Shown: one piece after another, positions 9,691-19,927 of the stretch | Layout: each line of letters begins with the position of its first letter | How positions within the stretch are numbered: the first letter of the stretch is position 1 | Source of the DNA: Candidatus Levyibacteriota bacterium | GTDB lineage: Bacteria; Patescibacteriota; Microgenomatia; Levybacterales; UBA12049 | Length of the DNA stretch: 64,000 nucleotides | Direction of reading: 5' to 3' | Assembly (NCBI GenBank): GCA_043807135.1 | Contig: JAZDGF010000001.1 | Span: forward strand, 68,573 to 132,572 | Translations under genes and position numbers: made by a program | Notes under the pieces: generated by a model | The model's database searches: none | Told to the model about the DNA's origin: nothing | What the model saw: the letters and a program-made list of their open reading frames with translations, nothing else

Positions 9691-10284
9691 TTATTTTCCT
9701 ATAATAATCAGAGCATCTGCTGAAGAGCTTGCGGAAAGATCAGAAAAGGTTGCTCCAATTGTATATTCTTCTCCTAAATCTTTTTTCAAAAGTTCAAGAT
9801 ATTTTGAACTACCACTTTTTACTTTAATAGTTAAATTTTCATAATCAAACTTATCTGCATTTCCTGTAGAAGTAATCTTATAGCCAAGACCTTTTAACAA
9901 GCTTGTTGCTTTTCCGGCTACCCCTGCCACTCCGCTTCCGTTTTCAACGCTAATTGAAAGTTCTGATCTATCAATCCCACTTTCTTTATCCACCGGGTTT
10001 GAAGTTGGTTTTAAAGTAGGTTCTTTTGTTGGTTCATCTGTTGGCGAAGTCTCAGGTGCTAGTGACTCCTCAGGAGGACTGGTTGGAAATTGAAATTCGG
10101 TTGGTGTTGGAGTTGGTTCTATTTTTTCTTCTGAAGAACCGCCAAAAAAAGAACGTGATATTGCAAATATGATTAAAAGAAGTATTACCACTGCAACAAT
10201 TAAGAAAATTGCTCGCGAAGGCAATCGCTTCTTAGGGCGAGGATTTATATTTAAGGAAGTTTCCCCAAGATTTAAATCTTCCAT
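9691..10284 (-). CDS. membrane-anchored LytR_C (LytR C-terminal) domain protein with Pro/Thr/Glu-rich linker
   Basis: TM helix (AIFLIVAVVILLLIIFAI), PT-rich linker, C-terminal LSISVENGSGVAGVAGKATSLLKGLGYKITSTGNA...LTIKV typical of the LytR_C domain. Probable start ATG 10284 (MEDLNLG); the ORF is open to 10392. Confidence 0.6.
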   Translation of the reverse strand: MEDLNLGETSLNINPRPKKRLPSRAIFLIVAVVILLLIIFAISRSFFGGSSEEKIEPTPTPTEFQFPTSPPEESLAPETSPTDEPTKEPTLKPTSNPVDKESGIDRSELSISVENGSGVAGVAGKATSLLKGLGYKITSTGNADKFDYENLTIKVKSGSSKYLELLKKDLGEEYTIGATFSDLSASSSADALIIIGK

Positions 10285-10397
10285 GATTACCCATAGTATA
10301 ACATATAAAGTCCAGTTTTCAAGCACATTCTCAAAAATAGAAAATAAGCAATCCTTTGAACAAAAATTGCGCTGTTTTGTTATAATTAACAAAACTT

Positions 10398-12149
10398 ATG
10401 AGAAAGATTTTTCCTTTATTATTTTTAGTTATTCTTTTGTTTTCTTTTTCTTTTGTTAACATATCTAAAAGCTCTTCTGATGAGCTTGAAAATATTACCA
10501 AGCAAATTAATGATTTAACCGATTCTCTAAATCAATCAATCAATGCAACTAAACCTCTTGAATCTCAGCTTAACGCTTTAAAAATTCAAGTTGATCAGAT
10601 AAAAACAAGGATTTCAGTTATTGAAACAGATATTCAGGTTAAGAAAAAAAATATTAACGAAGGATATAAGAACTTAGCAAAGCAACAAGAAATTTTAAAT
10701 AGAACAATTAGAGAGTATTATGTTAAAAGCTATTATAGCTCTCCTATTTTAATTTTTCTGTCTTCAAGTTCTGCATCAGACATAACTCAACTTCTTGCAT
10801 ATCACAGAGCAACAACTAATCGAGATAAAGCAATTATTACAAATATTGCTCTTTCCGTTACAAATCTTGAGGCAAAAAAGAAAAATCTTGAAAGTGAAGA
10901 AATAAGACTTACGGCTGCAAAAGCAGGACTTGATGAACAATCGGCAAAGCTTGATGAAATAGTAACTGGTGCAAAAAATTACCAATCAGACCTCTCAGGT
11001 CAAATTGCCCAGCTTTCTGCAAAACAACATGAGTTACTTGCACAAAAACTAGGCAGCTTAAATCTTCCAACCTCTGCTTATACTACCAAAGGTGGTTGCT
11101 CAAGTGACTTAACAAATGGTAAAGATCCTGGATTTAGTCCTAGGTTTGGATTTTTTAGTTATGGAGTTCCTCATCGAGTAGGCATGAGTCAATACGGTGC
11201 AAAAGGAAGAGCAGAGGCTGGACAATCATATAATGATATTTTAAGCTTTTACTATCCTAACACTCAAATTACTACTGTTGATACCTCAACAAATATTCAT
11301 GTTGTTGGAAATAATGAATACGGACAATCTTTTGATGATAATTGGAACATAGAAGAGTATGTAAAACATATTTATGAAATACCCACAAACTGGCCTTCTA
11401 ATTCTCTAAAAGCTCAGGCAATTGCTGCAAGATCTTACGGGCTTGCTTACACTAATAATGGATCAGGATCAATTTGCCCTTCTCAATCTTGCCAGGTAGT
11501 TAAAAAAGAACTTAATTCAGCTGCGTGGATTCAAGCAGTTGATGACACTGCAGGAAATGTTCTTACAAACGATGGAAATCCGATTAAGGCTTGGTTCTCT
11601 TCTACTGCAGGCGGATATACTTTTGGCTCAGGTGATGTTTGGGGAGGAGGAAATAAGCCGTGGACTAGAAATTCTCTAGATGCATCAGGATCAGTTAATA
11701 GTTTTTCAGATTTACAAAATAATGCTTATGACAAGGCTTCACCTTGGTTTTATTGCAATTGGGGTTCAAGAAGCCAGTATGCAAACACAGCTTGGTTAAA
11801 ATCAGATGAAGTAGCTGATATTGTAAATGTTTTAATGCTTGCTCAAAAAGATTCTTCAACACAAAAACATTTGCCTCAAGTAGACAAGCCAAATCCCGAT
11901 GGAGTAGAAACTTGGGATGCCGGAAGGGTAAAACAAGAATTGTCAAGCAGAGGCGGACAACCCTTTAACAATATTAGCGGAGCGTCAGTTGATTGGGATA
12001 AAGGGAGCGGAAGAACAACCTCAATTAGTTTTAACGGAGATGCAGGATCTGTTAGTTTTTCAGGGCCTGATTTTAAAAATTATTTTAACTTAAGAGCTCC
12101 AAGTAATATAAATATTGTAGGACTGTTGTATAATATCGAGCAGAGGTAG
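10398..12149 (+). CDS. secreted coiled-coil protein with C-terminal SpoIID/LytB domain
   Basis: Signal peptide (MRKIFPLLFLVILLFSFSFVNISKSS), ~200 aa coiled coil, then SpoIID/LytB motifs (GVPHRVGMSQYGAKGRAEAG; FSSTAGGYTFGSGDVWGG). Confidence 0.75.
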   Translation: MRKIFPLLFLVILLFSFSFVNISKSSSDELENITKQINDLTDSLNQSINATKPLESQLNALKIQVDQIKTRISVIETDIQVKKKNINEGYKNLAKQQEILNRTIREYYVKSYYSSPILIFLSSSSASDITQLLAYHRATTNRDKAIITNIALSVTNLEAKKKNLESEEIRLTAAKAGLDEQSAKLDEIVTGAKNYQSDLSGQIAQLSAKQHELLAQKLGSLNLPTSAYTTKGGCSSDLTNGKDPGFSPRFGFFSYGVPHRVGMSQYGAKGRAEAGQSYNDILSFYYPNTQITTVDTSTNIHVVGNNEYGQSFDDNWNIEEYVKHIYEIPTNWPSNSLKAQAIAARSYGLAYTNNGSGSICPSQSCQVVKKELNSAAWIQAVDDTAGNVLTNDGNPIKAWFSSTAGGYTFGSGDVWGGGNKPWTRNSLDASGSVNSFSDLQNNAYDKASPWFYCNWGSRSQYANTAWLKSDEVADIVNVLMLAQKDSSTQKHLPQVDKPNPDGVETWDAGRVKQELSSRGGQPFNNISGASVDWDKGSGRTTSISFNGDAGSVSFSGPDFKNYFNLRAPSNINIVGLLYNIEQR

Positions 12150-12150
12150 C

Positions 12151-12843
12151 ATGAAAGATATTTTTATTGCACCTAAGAAAGCAAAAAAGACAAATCAACC
12201 ATTAAGGACACTAAGAAGAGCTGTCGCAAGAAGCACCAGAGATATCAGAAGCGCCAGGAGTACAGAACCTGTTCTTGATGGAAAAAAAGTAGATCTTTTA
12301 ACTTCTTTTAGATTAAAACCTTCAGGTCTTACTTTTAGAGATCAAACTGAAGATGAAGAAATTTTCCTTTTTTTAAGAAGACATATTGTAACTAATGTTC
12401 CTTGGGCTCTCATAACTGCTTTTCTTATTATTTTACCTGCTTTTGGACTTTTAATATTCAATGCTTCACTTCTGCCCTTCAGGGTCCCTCTATCTTATGC
12501 TCTAGTTATCCTTGTTTTTTATTACTTAATAGTAATTACCTTTGCATTTGTTAGTTTTTTAAATTGGTTTTACAACATATCCTTAGTAACTGATAAAAGA
12601 ATTGTGGATATTGATCTCTCAGAGATTATTTATCATGACGTTGCCACAACTAACCTTGACTTAATCGAAGATGTTAGCTATGTTCAATCAGGCTTTATAA
12701 GATCGTTCTTCAACTATGGTGATATTTTTATCCAAACAGCGGGAGAAAAAATGCACTTTGATTTCCTAGCGGTTCCTCATCCTGAGAAGGTAATTGATGT
12801 TGTGCAAAATTTAATGGGAGGAGATAAGAAAAGTGTCCTTTAA
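12151..12843 (+). CDS. membrane protein with bacterial PH (bPH_2/YdbT-like) domain
   Basis: Two TM helices followed by DKRIVDIDLSEIIYHDV...YGDIFIQTAGEKMHFDFLAVPHPEKV (bPH_2-like). Confidence 0.55.
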   Translation: MKDIFIAPKKAKKTNQPLRTLRRAVARSTRDIRSARSTEPVLDGKKVDLLTSFRLKPSGLTFRDQTEDEEIFLFLRRHIVTNVPWALITAFLIILPAFGLLIFNASLLPFRVPLSYALVILVFYYLIVITFAFVSFLNWFYNISLVTDKRIVDIDLSEIIYHDVATTNLDLIEDVSYVQSGFIRSFFNYGDIFIQTAGEKMHFDFLAVPHPEKVIDVVQNLMGGDKKSVL

Positions 12844-13069
12844 CTCAGATCTCCTGCTGGAAATTTTAAAACCTTTTTTGTTAGTAAAAATAGGATTACT
12901 TTGTCTACTTGCTCTTTTTACCATCTTTCAAGTAATTATTCTTAACCAAACAATAACCATGAATAAAACCTTGACGCAGCGTCAAGGATCGGAATTATTA
13001 AAACTTTTTTGTTACATCCTTATCATCTTATCTGTTTCGCTTTTCTTGACAGCTATTGCTATACTATAA
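12833..13069 (+). CDS. small hydrophobic hypothetical protein
   Basis: 78-aa ORF with two predicted TM segments; overlaps the neighbouring genes by a few nucleotides in operon fashion. Confidence 0.3.
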   Translation: MSFNSDLLLEILKPFLLVKIGLLCLLALFTIFQVIILNQTITMNKTLTQRQGSELLKLFCYILIILSVSLFLTAIAIL

Positions 13070-14885
13070 ATTAATGCCTGACAAAAGCTTCAATTTTGCA
13101 AATATTGTTGCTACTCCAACCCTTAATTCCTGGGCTCAGGCATATAATGCCGGAAAATTGTTTGCTGTTCTATCACTTGAGAAAAAACATCATGAAAAAG
13201 TTCACGGGGAGCATGAACATCACGAACCTGTTAAAAACTTCGAACCTGAAGACGAACACTTATCTTTAAGTGGAATTGGGAAAGAAATATTAACAACACT
13301 TGAGCAAGAATATTTTTCCCTGGAAACAAAAAGTTTAGAATCTATTAAAGGTGTTGTTCAGATTGCGACCAAAAAAATACCTGATGATATTCATTATTCA
13401 TTTGTTGCCGCAACTGTTGTTGACAATATTCTTTATCTATATGCTATTGGCGGAGGAAAAATTGACATAAAAAGAGATAATGATTTTGGAACTCTTTTGG
13501 AAAGCATGCAGGAAGAACATATAAAATCGGCTTCAGGGTATCTTAAAGACAAGGATCTTATTATTATCCAGACCAAACAGTTTACAGAAGTAATTAATAG
13601 TGAAAAGTTAAACTCACTTTTAGACCATCAAGCTCCTTCTGATATTTCAGAAGCAATTGCTCCAATGCTTCACGAAGGAGAGGAGGGAGCAGCTGCTTCA
13701 GTAGTAATTCAATATTCAAAAGAGGAAGACACAGAAGATCAATCAGTTGAAGCAGAAGAAATAGACAAAAAAGAAGTTACGCTAGAGGCATCTGAAGAAA
13801 AACAAGAAACAGAAGATCATTCTCCTTTTGAAGAAAAACCCAAAAAAAATTATTTGGGTTTTGTTACTCCTTTTTTTGACAGAGTTAAAGGAAGTGGGAA
13901 AATCAAGTTTTCCCGCTCAAAAGGCGGGCTTATTGCAATAGCGATTGTTTTAATCACAGTTTTTATTATCGGTATTTTCCTAAATATTCAAAGGCAAAAT
14001 AATGTAAAAGTCGAAGCTCTTTTTAATGAAGTCTATCCTCAAGCTCAGAAAAAATACGATGAGGGGCAAAGTCTTTCTGATCTAAACCAAAATCTAGCAA
14101 GAGAAAGTTTTCAAGAAGCTAAGGAAATATTAAGTGATGCAAAAGACAAGTTTCCAAAAGATTCAAAACAAGAGGGTCAAATTGAAGAACTGACAAAAAA
14201 AGTAGAGGACGCTCTCTCTTCAGTTTCTGGCATTAACTCTATATCTGCAAAAGAAGTTGAGAATGATGCAAGCAGTCTTCTCTCTTTTGAACTTGATAAT
14301 TCAGGAATTGCATTTACAACAGATGGAAAAAGCAATTTCTACTTAACTGATAAAAGCGTATATAAAGAAGATAAAGAAATTATTGAAAACGATGATGACT
14401 GGAATAATCCAATAGGTCTTGGGGTGTATTTTGGAAATATTTATGTTTTAGATAAAACAGAGGGTGGAATTTTAAAATTTGTTGCTGCAGGATCTGGATA
14501 TTCTAAAACAAACTACTTTGCTTCAGGTGTTTCTCCTGAACTTTCAAATGCAAAAGCAATGGCTATTGATGGCTCAATTTGGATTCTTTTATCTGACGGT
14601 AATGTTCTTAAATACACCCGAGGTAAAGCAGATAATTTTAACATCTCAGGCCTTGATAAGCCGTTTTCAAACGCAACTAAGCTTTTTACTAATATTGATT
14701 TCGACAATATCTACATTTTAGATAACGGAAACAGTCGGATTGTTGTTTTAGGTAAAGACGGAAATTACAAAGAGCAATATCAGACAGGCATCTTAAAAGA
14801 TGCTAAAGATTTTGAAGTAAATGAAAGTGATAAAAAAATTCTTGTTTTATCTTCAGATAAGATTTTTCAAATTGATTTAAAATAA
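13056..14885 (+). CDS. hypothetical membrane protein with His-rich N-region, acidic linker and C-terminal repeated beta-propeller-like segments
   Basis: His-rich stretch (HHEKVHGEHEHHEP), acidic region, one TM helix (LIAIAIVLITVFIIGIFL). C-terminal repeats (GNIYVLDKTEGGILKF / DGSIWILLSDGNVLKY / DNIYILDNGNSRIVVL) suggest a beta-propeller. Confidence 0.45.
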   Translation: MLYYKLMPDKSFNFANIVATPTLNSWAQAYNAGKLFAVLSLEKKHHEKVHGEHEHHEPVKNFEPEDEHLSLSGIGKEILTTLEQEYFSLETKSLESIKGVVQIATKKIPDDIHYSFVAATVVDNILYLYAIGGGKIDIKRDNDFGTLLESMQEEHIKSASGYLKDKDLIIIQTKQFTEVINSEKLNSLLDHQAPSDISEAIAPMLHEGEEGAAASVVIQYSKEEDTEDQSVEAEEIDKKEVTLEASEEKQETEDHSPFEEKPKKNYLGFVTPFFDRVKGSGKIKFSRSKGGLIAIAIVLITVFIIGIFLNIQRQNNVKVEALFNEVYPQAQKKYDEGQSLSDLNQNLARESFQEAKEILSDAKDKFPKDSKQEGQIEELTKKVEDALSSVSGINSISAKEVENDASSLLSFELDNSGIAFTTDGKSNFYLTDKSVYKEDKEIIENDDDWNNPIGLGVYFGNIYVLDKTEGGILKFVAAGSGYSKTNYFASGVSPELSNAKAMAIDGSIWILLSDGNVLKYTRGKADNFNISGLDKPFSNATKLFTNIDFDNIYILDNGNSRIVVLGKDGNYKEQYQTGILKDAKDFEVNESDKKILVLSSDKIFQIDLK

Positions 14886-15014
14886 TCTTAAGCAGCTTCT
14901 CTTAATCTTTTCAATTTCTGTCAAAACTACCATTGATCTTTAAGCTAAAATATAGTTTGCAATACTAGAATTGTCAAATTTTACATTTTCTTTTTATTAT
15001 CGTATTATCAAGCT

Positions 15015-15461
15015 ATGAAAATTTATAATAAGCGAGCTCGTTTTGATTATGATATTAAAGAAACTTTTGAAGCAGGGATTAATCTTTACGGTGCTGAGGT
15101 AAAAGCAATAAGACTTAATCAAGTAGATATTAACGGAAGCCACGTTAGGATTATGGAGTCTGAGGCGTATTTAATCGGTGCAAAAATTTATCCTTATAAA
15201 TATGCAAGGCCTGAAGGATATACAGAGGCCAGAACCAGAAAATTACTTCTCCATAAAAAGCAAATTATTTCTCTAAAGTCAAAGATTGATGGACTTGGGC
15301 TTTCCTTAGTTGCTGTTTCGCTTTATACAAAAGGACATTTAATAAAAGTGGGAGTGGGTCTTGGGAAAGGTAAGAAAAAATATCAAAAAAAAGAAACAAT
15401 TAAGAAAAGAGATGTCCAAAGAGACATTGAACAGGAGCTTAAATTAGCTTCAAAAAGTTGA
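15015..15461 (+). CDS. smpB: SsrA-binding protein SmpB
   Basis: MKIYNKRARFDYDI..GAEVKAIR..INGSHV...LLLHKKQI full-length SmpB signature. Confidence 0.92.
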   Translation: MKIYNKRARFDYDIKETFEAGINLYGAEVKAIRLNQVDINGSHVRIMESEAYLIGAKIYPYKYARPEGYTEARTRKLLLHKKQIISLKSKIDGLGLSLVAVSLYTKGHLIKVGVGLGKGKKKYQKKETIKKRDVQRDIEQELKLASKS

Positions 15462-15497
15462 CTTTTGGGCATAAATAGCGTATAATTCCTAATTAGC

Positions 15498-15859
15498 GGG
15501 GATGAATTGACTCGACAAGATTGTACTTTAAAAAATTGCAAGCCGACACGATTAAAGTCGTTAAATCGATCAAAAATATAAATGCAGACTATTCTTATAG
15601 TCGTGGTCCAAAACTCGCTTACGCATTTGCTTAAGCAAGCTAAGACCTGTCTGTATATTTCACCCAACGGGAATATATAGGCACAAATTTAGTTGGGAAA
15701 ACAGTAAGGAAACGGTTATATCCTTACTTTGAATTTATAACCTAACCTTATTCTCTCCTGTCGATTGGATTAAGAATAAGGAGATTTAAAAAATCGACTA
15801 CGCTTGTAGAAGTTTTTTATTGTTATTCTTGGACTCCGGTTCACTGCCGGACATCTCCA
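15498..15859 (+). ncRNA. ssrA: tmRNA (SsrA)
   Basis: Immediately downstream of smpB. 5' GGGGAUGAAUUGACUCGACAAGA matches the tmRNA 5' consensus (GGGGnUGAUUnGAUUCGAC). 5' GGGGAUG pairs with 3' CAUCUCC, followed by discriminator A. T-arm-like CCGGUUCACUGCCGG. Candidate tag ORF 15583-15633 (ADYSYSRGPKLAYAFA*) ends in an AxAxA-like motif. Confidence 0.8.
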
Positions 15860-15892
15860 CAGAAAAACACGCGAAGGCGGGTTTTCTTATTA

Positions 15893-16603
15893 TTAACTTT
15901 TTGCAAGAGTAAGTCCTATTACTCTTTTTATTTTCCCTTTCTTTAACACTTTTGCCGCTTCCAACAAAGTTGAACCAGTAATAACAAAATCATCTACTAA
16001 AAATATATTTAAATTTGACGAATTAAGCTTTGCAACTGACTTATTTAAAGCAAATGCTCCGCTAATATTATCTCTTCTTCCTTTCTTCCCTTTTATTTTT
16101 GCTTGAGGCTTGGTATTTATTATTTTTTTTAGTAAACTTTCTGTTCTTATACCCATTCTTTTTCCTAATTCTTTTGCTAAAATTTCTGCCTGGTTATAAC
16201 CTCTTTTTTTAAAAACAGAGGAATGAAGAGGAATGTAAGTTATTGTCCACTTATTTTTTGGTATTTCTTTTAATTCGTAATTAAATGCTTCGTTTTGAAT
16301 TAAATCTTCGAAGAAAAAATCTGATAAAACTTTTTTAAGATCTGTTAAGTATGGTTTATTTTTAAAACTGTAAATTAATTTTTGAGTTGTTTTACTTAAA
16401 TAAAGACTTGAAAAACAACCATCAATCGTATGGTCTTTTAAACATTTTTTATGAGTAAGTCCGTTTATTGAAGGTTTTTTACAAGCAAAACAGGTGTTTT
16501 TTACATCAAACGAAAGAAAGGAAAAGCAATTATCGCAAATATAATTCCTTTCTTTTTTACAAACTACACATTTTTTAGGAAAGACAAAATCAAGAAAACC
16601 CAT
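15893..16603 (-). CDS. comFC: ComF family protein (ComFC-like phosphoribosyltransferase)
   Basis: N-terminal Cys4 zinc ribbon (CVVCKK...CDNC...C..C) plus C-terminal PRTase motif IFLVDDFVITGSTL. Confidence 0.8.
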   Translation of the reverse strand: MGFLDFVFPKKCVVCKKERNYICDNCFSFLSFDVKNTCFACKKPSINGLTHKKCLKDHTIDGCFSSLYLSKTTQKLIYSFKNKPYLTDLKKVLSDFFFEDLIQNEAFNYELKEIPKNKWTITYIPLHSSVFKKRGYNQAEILAKELGKRMGIRTESLLKKIINTKPQAKIKGKKGRRDNISGAFALNKSVAKLNSSNLNIFLVDDFVITGSTLLEAAKVLKKGKIKRVIGLTLAKS

Positions 16604-16641
16604 ATTGGATACTCTACACTAAATACTATATACTAATTTTA

Positions 16642-17202
16642 ATGGCCAAACTTTATATCTTTCGTCACGGACAAACTACTGATAATTTATCACATACTTT
16701 TTCAGGTAAAAGAGATGTTGATTTAACACCTGGGGGAGAAGAAGAAGCAAAAAGGATTGGAAAAGAACTATCAAATATTATTCCAACAATTGCTTATCAA
16801 TCAGAACAACTCAGATCGAAAAGAACACTGGATTTAGTTTTAGAAGGAAAAAAAGAAGGTCTTAAGATTATTGAGGACAAAAGAATTAGAGAGCGTGATT
16901 ATGGAGATTTAACAGGTAAAAACAAAGATGAAATTGCAAAAAAATTTCCTGATAAATATCCACTTTGGCATAGATCCTACGATACTCCACCTCCAAATGG
17001 AGAATCAATAAAAGATGTTTCAGACAGAGTGCTTTCTTTTTTAAAGGATGAGTTGCCAAAATGGGAAGAAGAAGACGTTATTTTTATCTCTGCTTCCGGA
17101 AATTCAATTCGACCAATGAGAATGTATTTTGAAAAGCTAACTCCTAAAGAAGCTTGTTTTTACGAAAATATTCGAGGGAAAGTCTATAGTTACGACATTT
17201 AA
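16642..17202 (+). CDS. histidine phosphatase family protein (phosphoglycerate mutase-like)
   Basis: LYIFRHGQTTDN catalytic RHG motif of histidine phosphatase superfamily branch 1. Confidence 0.75.
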   Translation: MAKLYIFRHGQTTDNLSHTFSGKRDVDLTPGGEEEAKRIGKELSNIIPTIAYQSEQLRSKRTLDLVLEGKKEGLKIIEDKRIRERDYGDLTGKNKDEIAKKFPDKYPLWHRSYDTPPPNGESIKDVSDRVLSFLKDELPKWEEEDVIFISASGNSIRPMRMYFEKLTPKEACFYENIRGKVYSYDI

Positions 17203-17210
17203 TTGATCTG

Positions 17211-17294
17211 CGGAGAGTATGGGAGTCGAACCCATTCAGGGCAAAGCCCTGCAGGTTTAGCAAACCTGTCTCGTAACCGTCTGAGTCACTCTCC
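17211..17294 (-). tRNA. tRNA-Ser (anticodon GCT), type II with long variable arm
   Basis: Reverse complement GGAGAGTGACTCAGACGGTTACGAGACAGGTTTGCTAAACCTG...ATGGGTTCGACTCCCATACTCTCCG. Acceptor GGAGAGT/ACTCTCC, anticodon loop TTGCTAA, 17-nt variable arm, T-loop TTCGACT. Confidence 0.85.
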
Positions 17295-17336
17295 TTTTAC
17301 CTAACTATTATATCATTTTTTTGTTATTATTAATTA

Positions 17337-19907
17337 ATGGATGAAATTTTAGAAAAAGCACAAGGTCTTTCTTCAAAAGAGGTTTTAGAAAGATTAAAAA
17401 AACACGGACTTAACGAACTCCCTTCTCAGAAAAATAAAAATGTTTTTTCCATGTTTTTTAAACTTATTAAAGAGCCAATGCTGCTTCTTCTTATGGCAGC
17501 AGGAGGAATTTATCTCCTTTTAGGAGAACCACGAGATGCCTCTATGCTTTTGGCAATGATATTTCTAGTTATTGGAACTACAGTTTATCAAGAAAGGAAA
17601 ACAGAAAAAGCACTTGAAGCTTTAAAAGGATTATCTAGTCCAAGAGCTTTAGTTGTAAGAAATGGAGAACAGATAAGAATTGCCGGAAAAGAAGTTGTTA
17701 TTGATGATTTTATAATTCTTCGGGAGGGAGATAGAGTTCCTGCTGACGCTTTGATTATCTTACAAAGAAACTTAATGCTTGATGAATCTCTTCTTACAGG
17801 AGAATCTCTTGCTGTTAACAAGTCCGATTGGGATAAAAAAACAGACCCAAGTCACTACAAAGCAGGAGGAGAAAAGATTCCTCTTGTTTTCTCTGGAACC
17901 ATGGTTACTCAAGGGCACGGACTTGCAAGAGTGCTAAAAATAGGCATTCAAACTGAAATGGGGAAAATCGGAAAATCGCTTCAGGGAATTCGTGAAGAAG
18001 ACACTTTGCTCAAAAGAGAAATAAATAAGTTAGTTAAGCTTTTTGCGATCTGGAGTGCATTTCTTTGCACGCTTGTAGTTATTTTGTATTTTCTTCTCAG
18101 AGGTAATCTTTTAGAAGGGATTCTTTCTGGAGTTTCTCTTAGTATGTCTTTAATTCCTGAGGAATTTCCAATTGTTTTTATTGTTTTTATGACTCTGGGA
18201 GCATGGAGAATTTCAAAAAGAAATGTCTTAACCAGAAACACTGCTGCAATTGAAACGCTAGGCGCTGCAAAAGTCTTGTGCGTAGATAAAACAGGCACAA
18301 TTACATTTAATAAAATGCAGCTTGAAACTTTAGTTGCAGAAGAAAGCGAAGTTAGCTTAGAAGATAAAAATGTGCTTGATGAAAAATTTCATCATCTTTT
18401 AGAATACGGCATTCTTGCTAGTCAAAAAGACCCGTTTGATCCGATTGAGAAAGAAATAAGAACTGCTGGGACAGAAATTCTTAAAAAAGATAAGCATCAA
18501 CATTTACATAAAAACTGGAATTTAATAAAAGAATATCCTTTGTCAAAGCATTTATTTGCACTTTCCCATGTTTGGGAATCACCTGACAAAAATAACTATG
18601 TAATTGCTGCTAAAGGAGCACCTGAATCTATTTTTGATCTCTGTCACCTTGAAGATGCAAAACAAAAAGAATTATTTAAAAAAGTCCAATCTTTATCAGA
18701 AAAGGGAATGAGGCTTATTGCAGTTGCCAAAGCAGAAACCAACAAAAAATCGCTTCCTAAAAGCCAACACGCTTTTAATTTTGAATTTATAGGACTATTA
18801 GCTTTCTCAGATCCAGTAAGACCAAGTATAAATCAAGCAATTAATGAATGTTACCAAGCAGGAATAAGAGTAATTATGATTACCGGTGATTACCCAGGAA
18901 CTGCTCAGTTTATAGGAAAAAAGATTGGACTTGGAAATGCTGATAAATATCTTACCGGAGAAGATATTGCAAAAATGGATGAATCCCAGTTAAGACAAGA
19001 AATAAAAGATGTGAATATTTTTGCAAGAGTAGTACCTGAGCAAAAACTTCTAATTGTAAAAGCTTTAAAAGCAAATGGAGAAATAGTTGCTATGACCGGA
19101 GACGGCGTTAATGACGCACCTGCTTTAAAAGCGGCTCACATTGGAATTGCCATGGGTGAGCGAGGAACCGATGTTGCAAGAGAAACAGCTGATCTTGTCT
19201 TATTAAAAGATGATTTTGCATCAATTGTTGAAGCAATAAAACTAGGAAGAAGAATTTTTGATAATTTAAAAAAAGCAATTGCATACATTATGGCTATTCA
19301 CGTGCCAATTGCCGGAATGACACTTCTACCAATTGTTCTAAATCTTCCTATTGTTCTTTTTCCTGCACATATTGCATTTCTTGAACTTATTGTTGACCCA
19401 TCTTCAAGTATTGTTTTTGAGGCAGAACCGGCTGAAAGAAATACTATGAATAGACCACCAAGAAGCCTTCGATCTCCAATATTTGATAAAAGAGCGTTTG
19501 CTATTAGTATGTTACAAGGAATAAGTGCTTTATCAATTGTCTTTATCGTCTATATGTTTTCTTTATATCTTGGTAAAGGAGAGGAAGAAACAAGAACTTT
19601 AACTTTTGCAACTATTGTATTTTCCAACTTAATGCTTGTTATAACAAATCTTTCTTGGTCAAAAAGTTTTATTAGCGTATTTCTTGAGAAAAATAAAGCG
19701 CTCTATGGAATACTCTCTCTTGCTTTTTTCTTCTTAGCGCTAATTATTTACTTACCTTTCTTCCAGGGCTTATTTCATTTTACAGCTCTTGGCTTAGACG
19801 ATATTATTATTGCGCTAGTCGCAGGAATTATAACCGTGCTCTGGTTTGAAGGGTTTAAAACTGTTATTCAGAAAAAAAAACTTTCTAAATTGCCTACACG
19901 AACCTAA
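17337..19907 (+). CDS. P-type cation-transporting ATPase (P2-type, Ca2+/Mg2+-like)
   Basis: DKTGTITFNKM phosphorylation motif, TGDGVNDAPALKAAHIGIAMG hinge motif, 8-10 TM helices. Confidence 0.92.
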   Translation: MDEILEKAQGLSSKEVLERLKKHGLNELPSQKNKNVFSMFFKLIKEPMLLLLMAAGGIYLLLGEPRDASMLLAMIFLVIGTTVYQERKTEKALEALKGLSSPRALVVRNGEQIRIAGKEVVIDDFIILREGDRVPADALIILQRNLMLDESLLTGESLAVNKSDWDKKTDPSHYKAGGEKIPLVFSGTMVTQGHGLARVLKIGIQTEMGKIGKSLQGIREEDTLLKREINKLVKLFAIWSAFLCTLVVILYFLLRGNLLEGILSGVSLSMSLIPEEFPIVFIVFMTLGAWRISKRNVLTRNTAAIETLGAAKVLCVDKTGTITFNKMQLETLVAEESEVSLEDKNVLDEKFHHLLEYGILASQKDPFDPIEKEIRTAGTEILKKDKHQHLHKNWNLIKEYPLSKHLFALSHVWESPDKNNYVIAAKGAPESIFDLCHLEDAKQKELFKKVQSLSEKGMRLIAVAKAETNKKSLPKSQHAFNFEFIGLLAFSDPVRPSINQAINECYQAGIRVIMITGDYPGTAQFIGKKIGLGNADKYLTGEDIAKMDESQLRQEIKDVNIFARVVPEQKLLIVKALKANGEIVAMTGDGVNDAPALKAAHIGIAMGERGTDVARETADLVLLKDDFASIVEAIKLGRRIFDNLKKAIAYIMAIHVPIAGMTLLPIVLNLPIVLFPAHIAFLELIVDPSSSIVFEAEPAERNTMNRPPRSLRSPIFDKRAFAISMLQGISALSIVFIVYMFSLYLGKGEEETRTLTFATIVFSNLMLVITNLSWSKSFISVFLEKNKALYGILSLAFFFLALIIYLPFFQGLFHFTALGLDDIIIALVAGIITVLWFEGFKTVIQKKKLSKLPTRT

Positions 19908-19927
19908 TTTGATATACTCAGGTTCGT

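Noticed and set aside
15383-15667. 94-aa minus-strand ORF overlapping the smpB 3' end and the tmRNA
   Set aside because: Lies antisense across the tmRNA gene and the smpB terminus and reads as low-complexity sequence; the tmRNA explains this sequence better.
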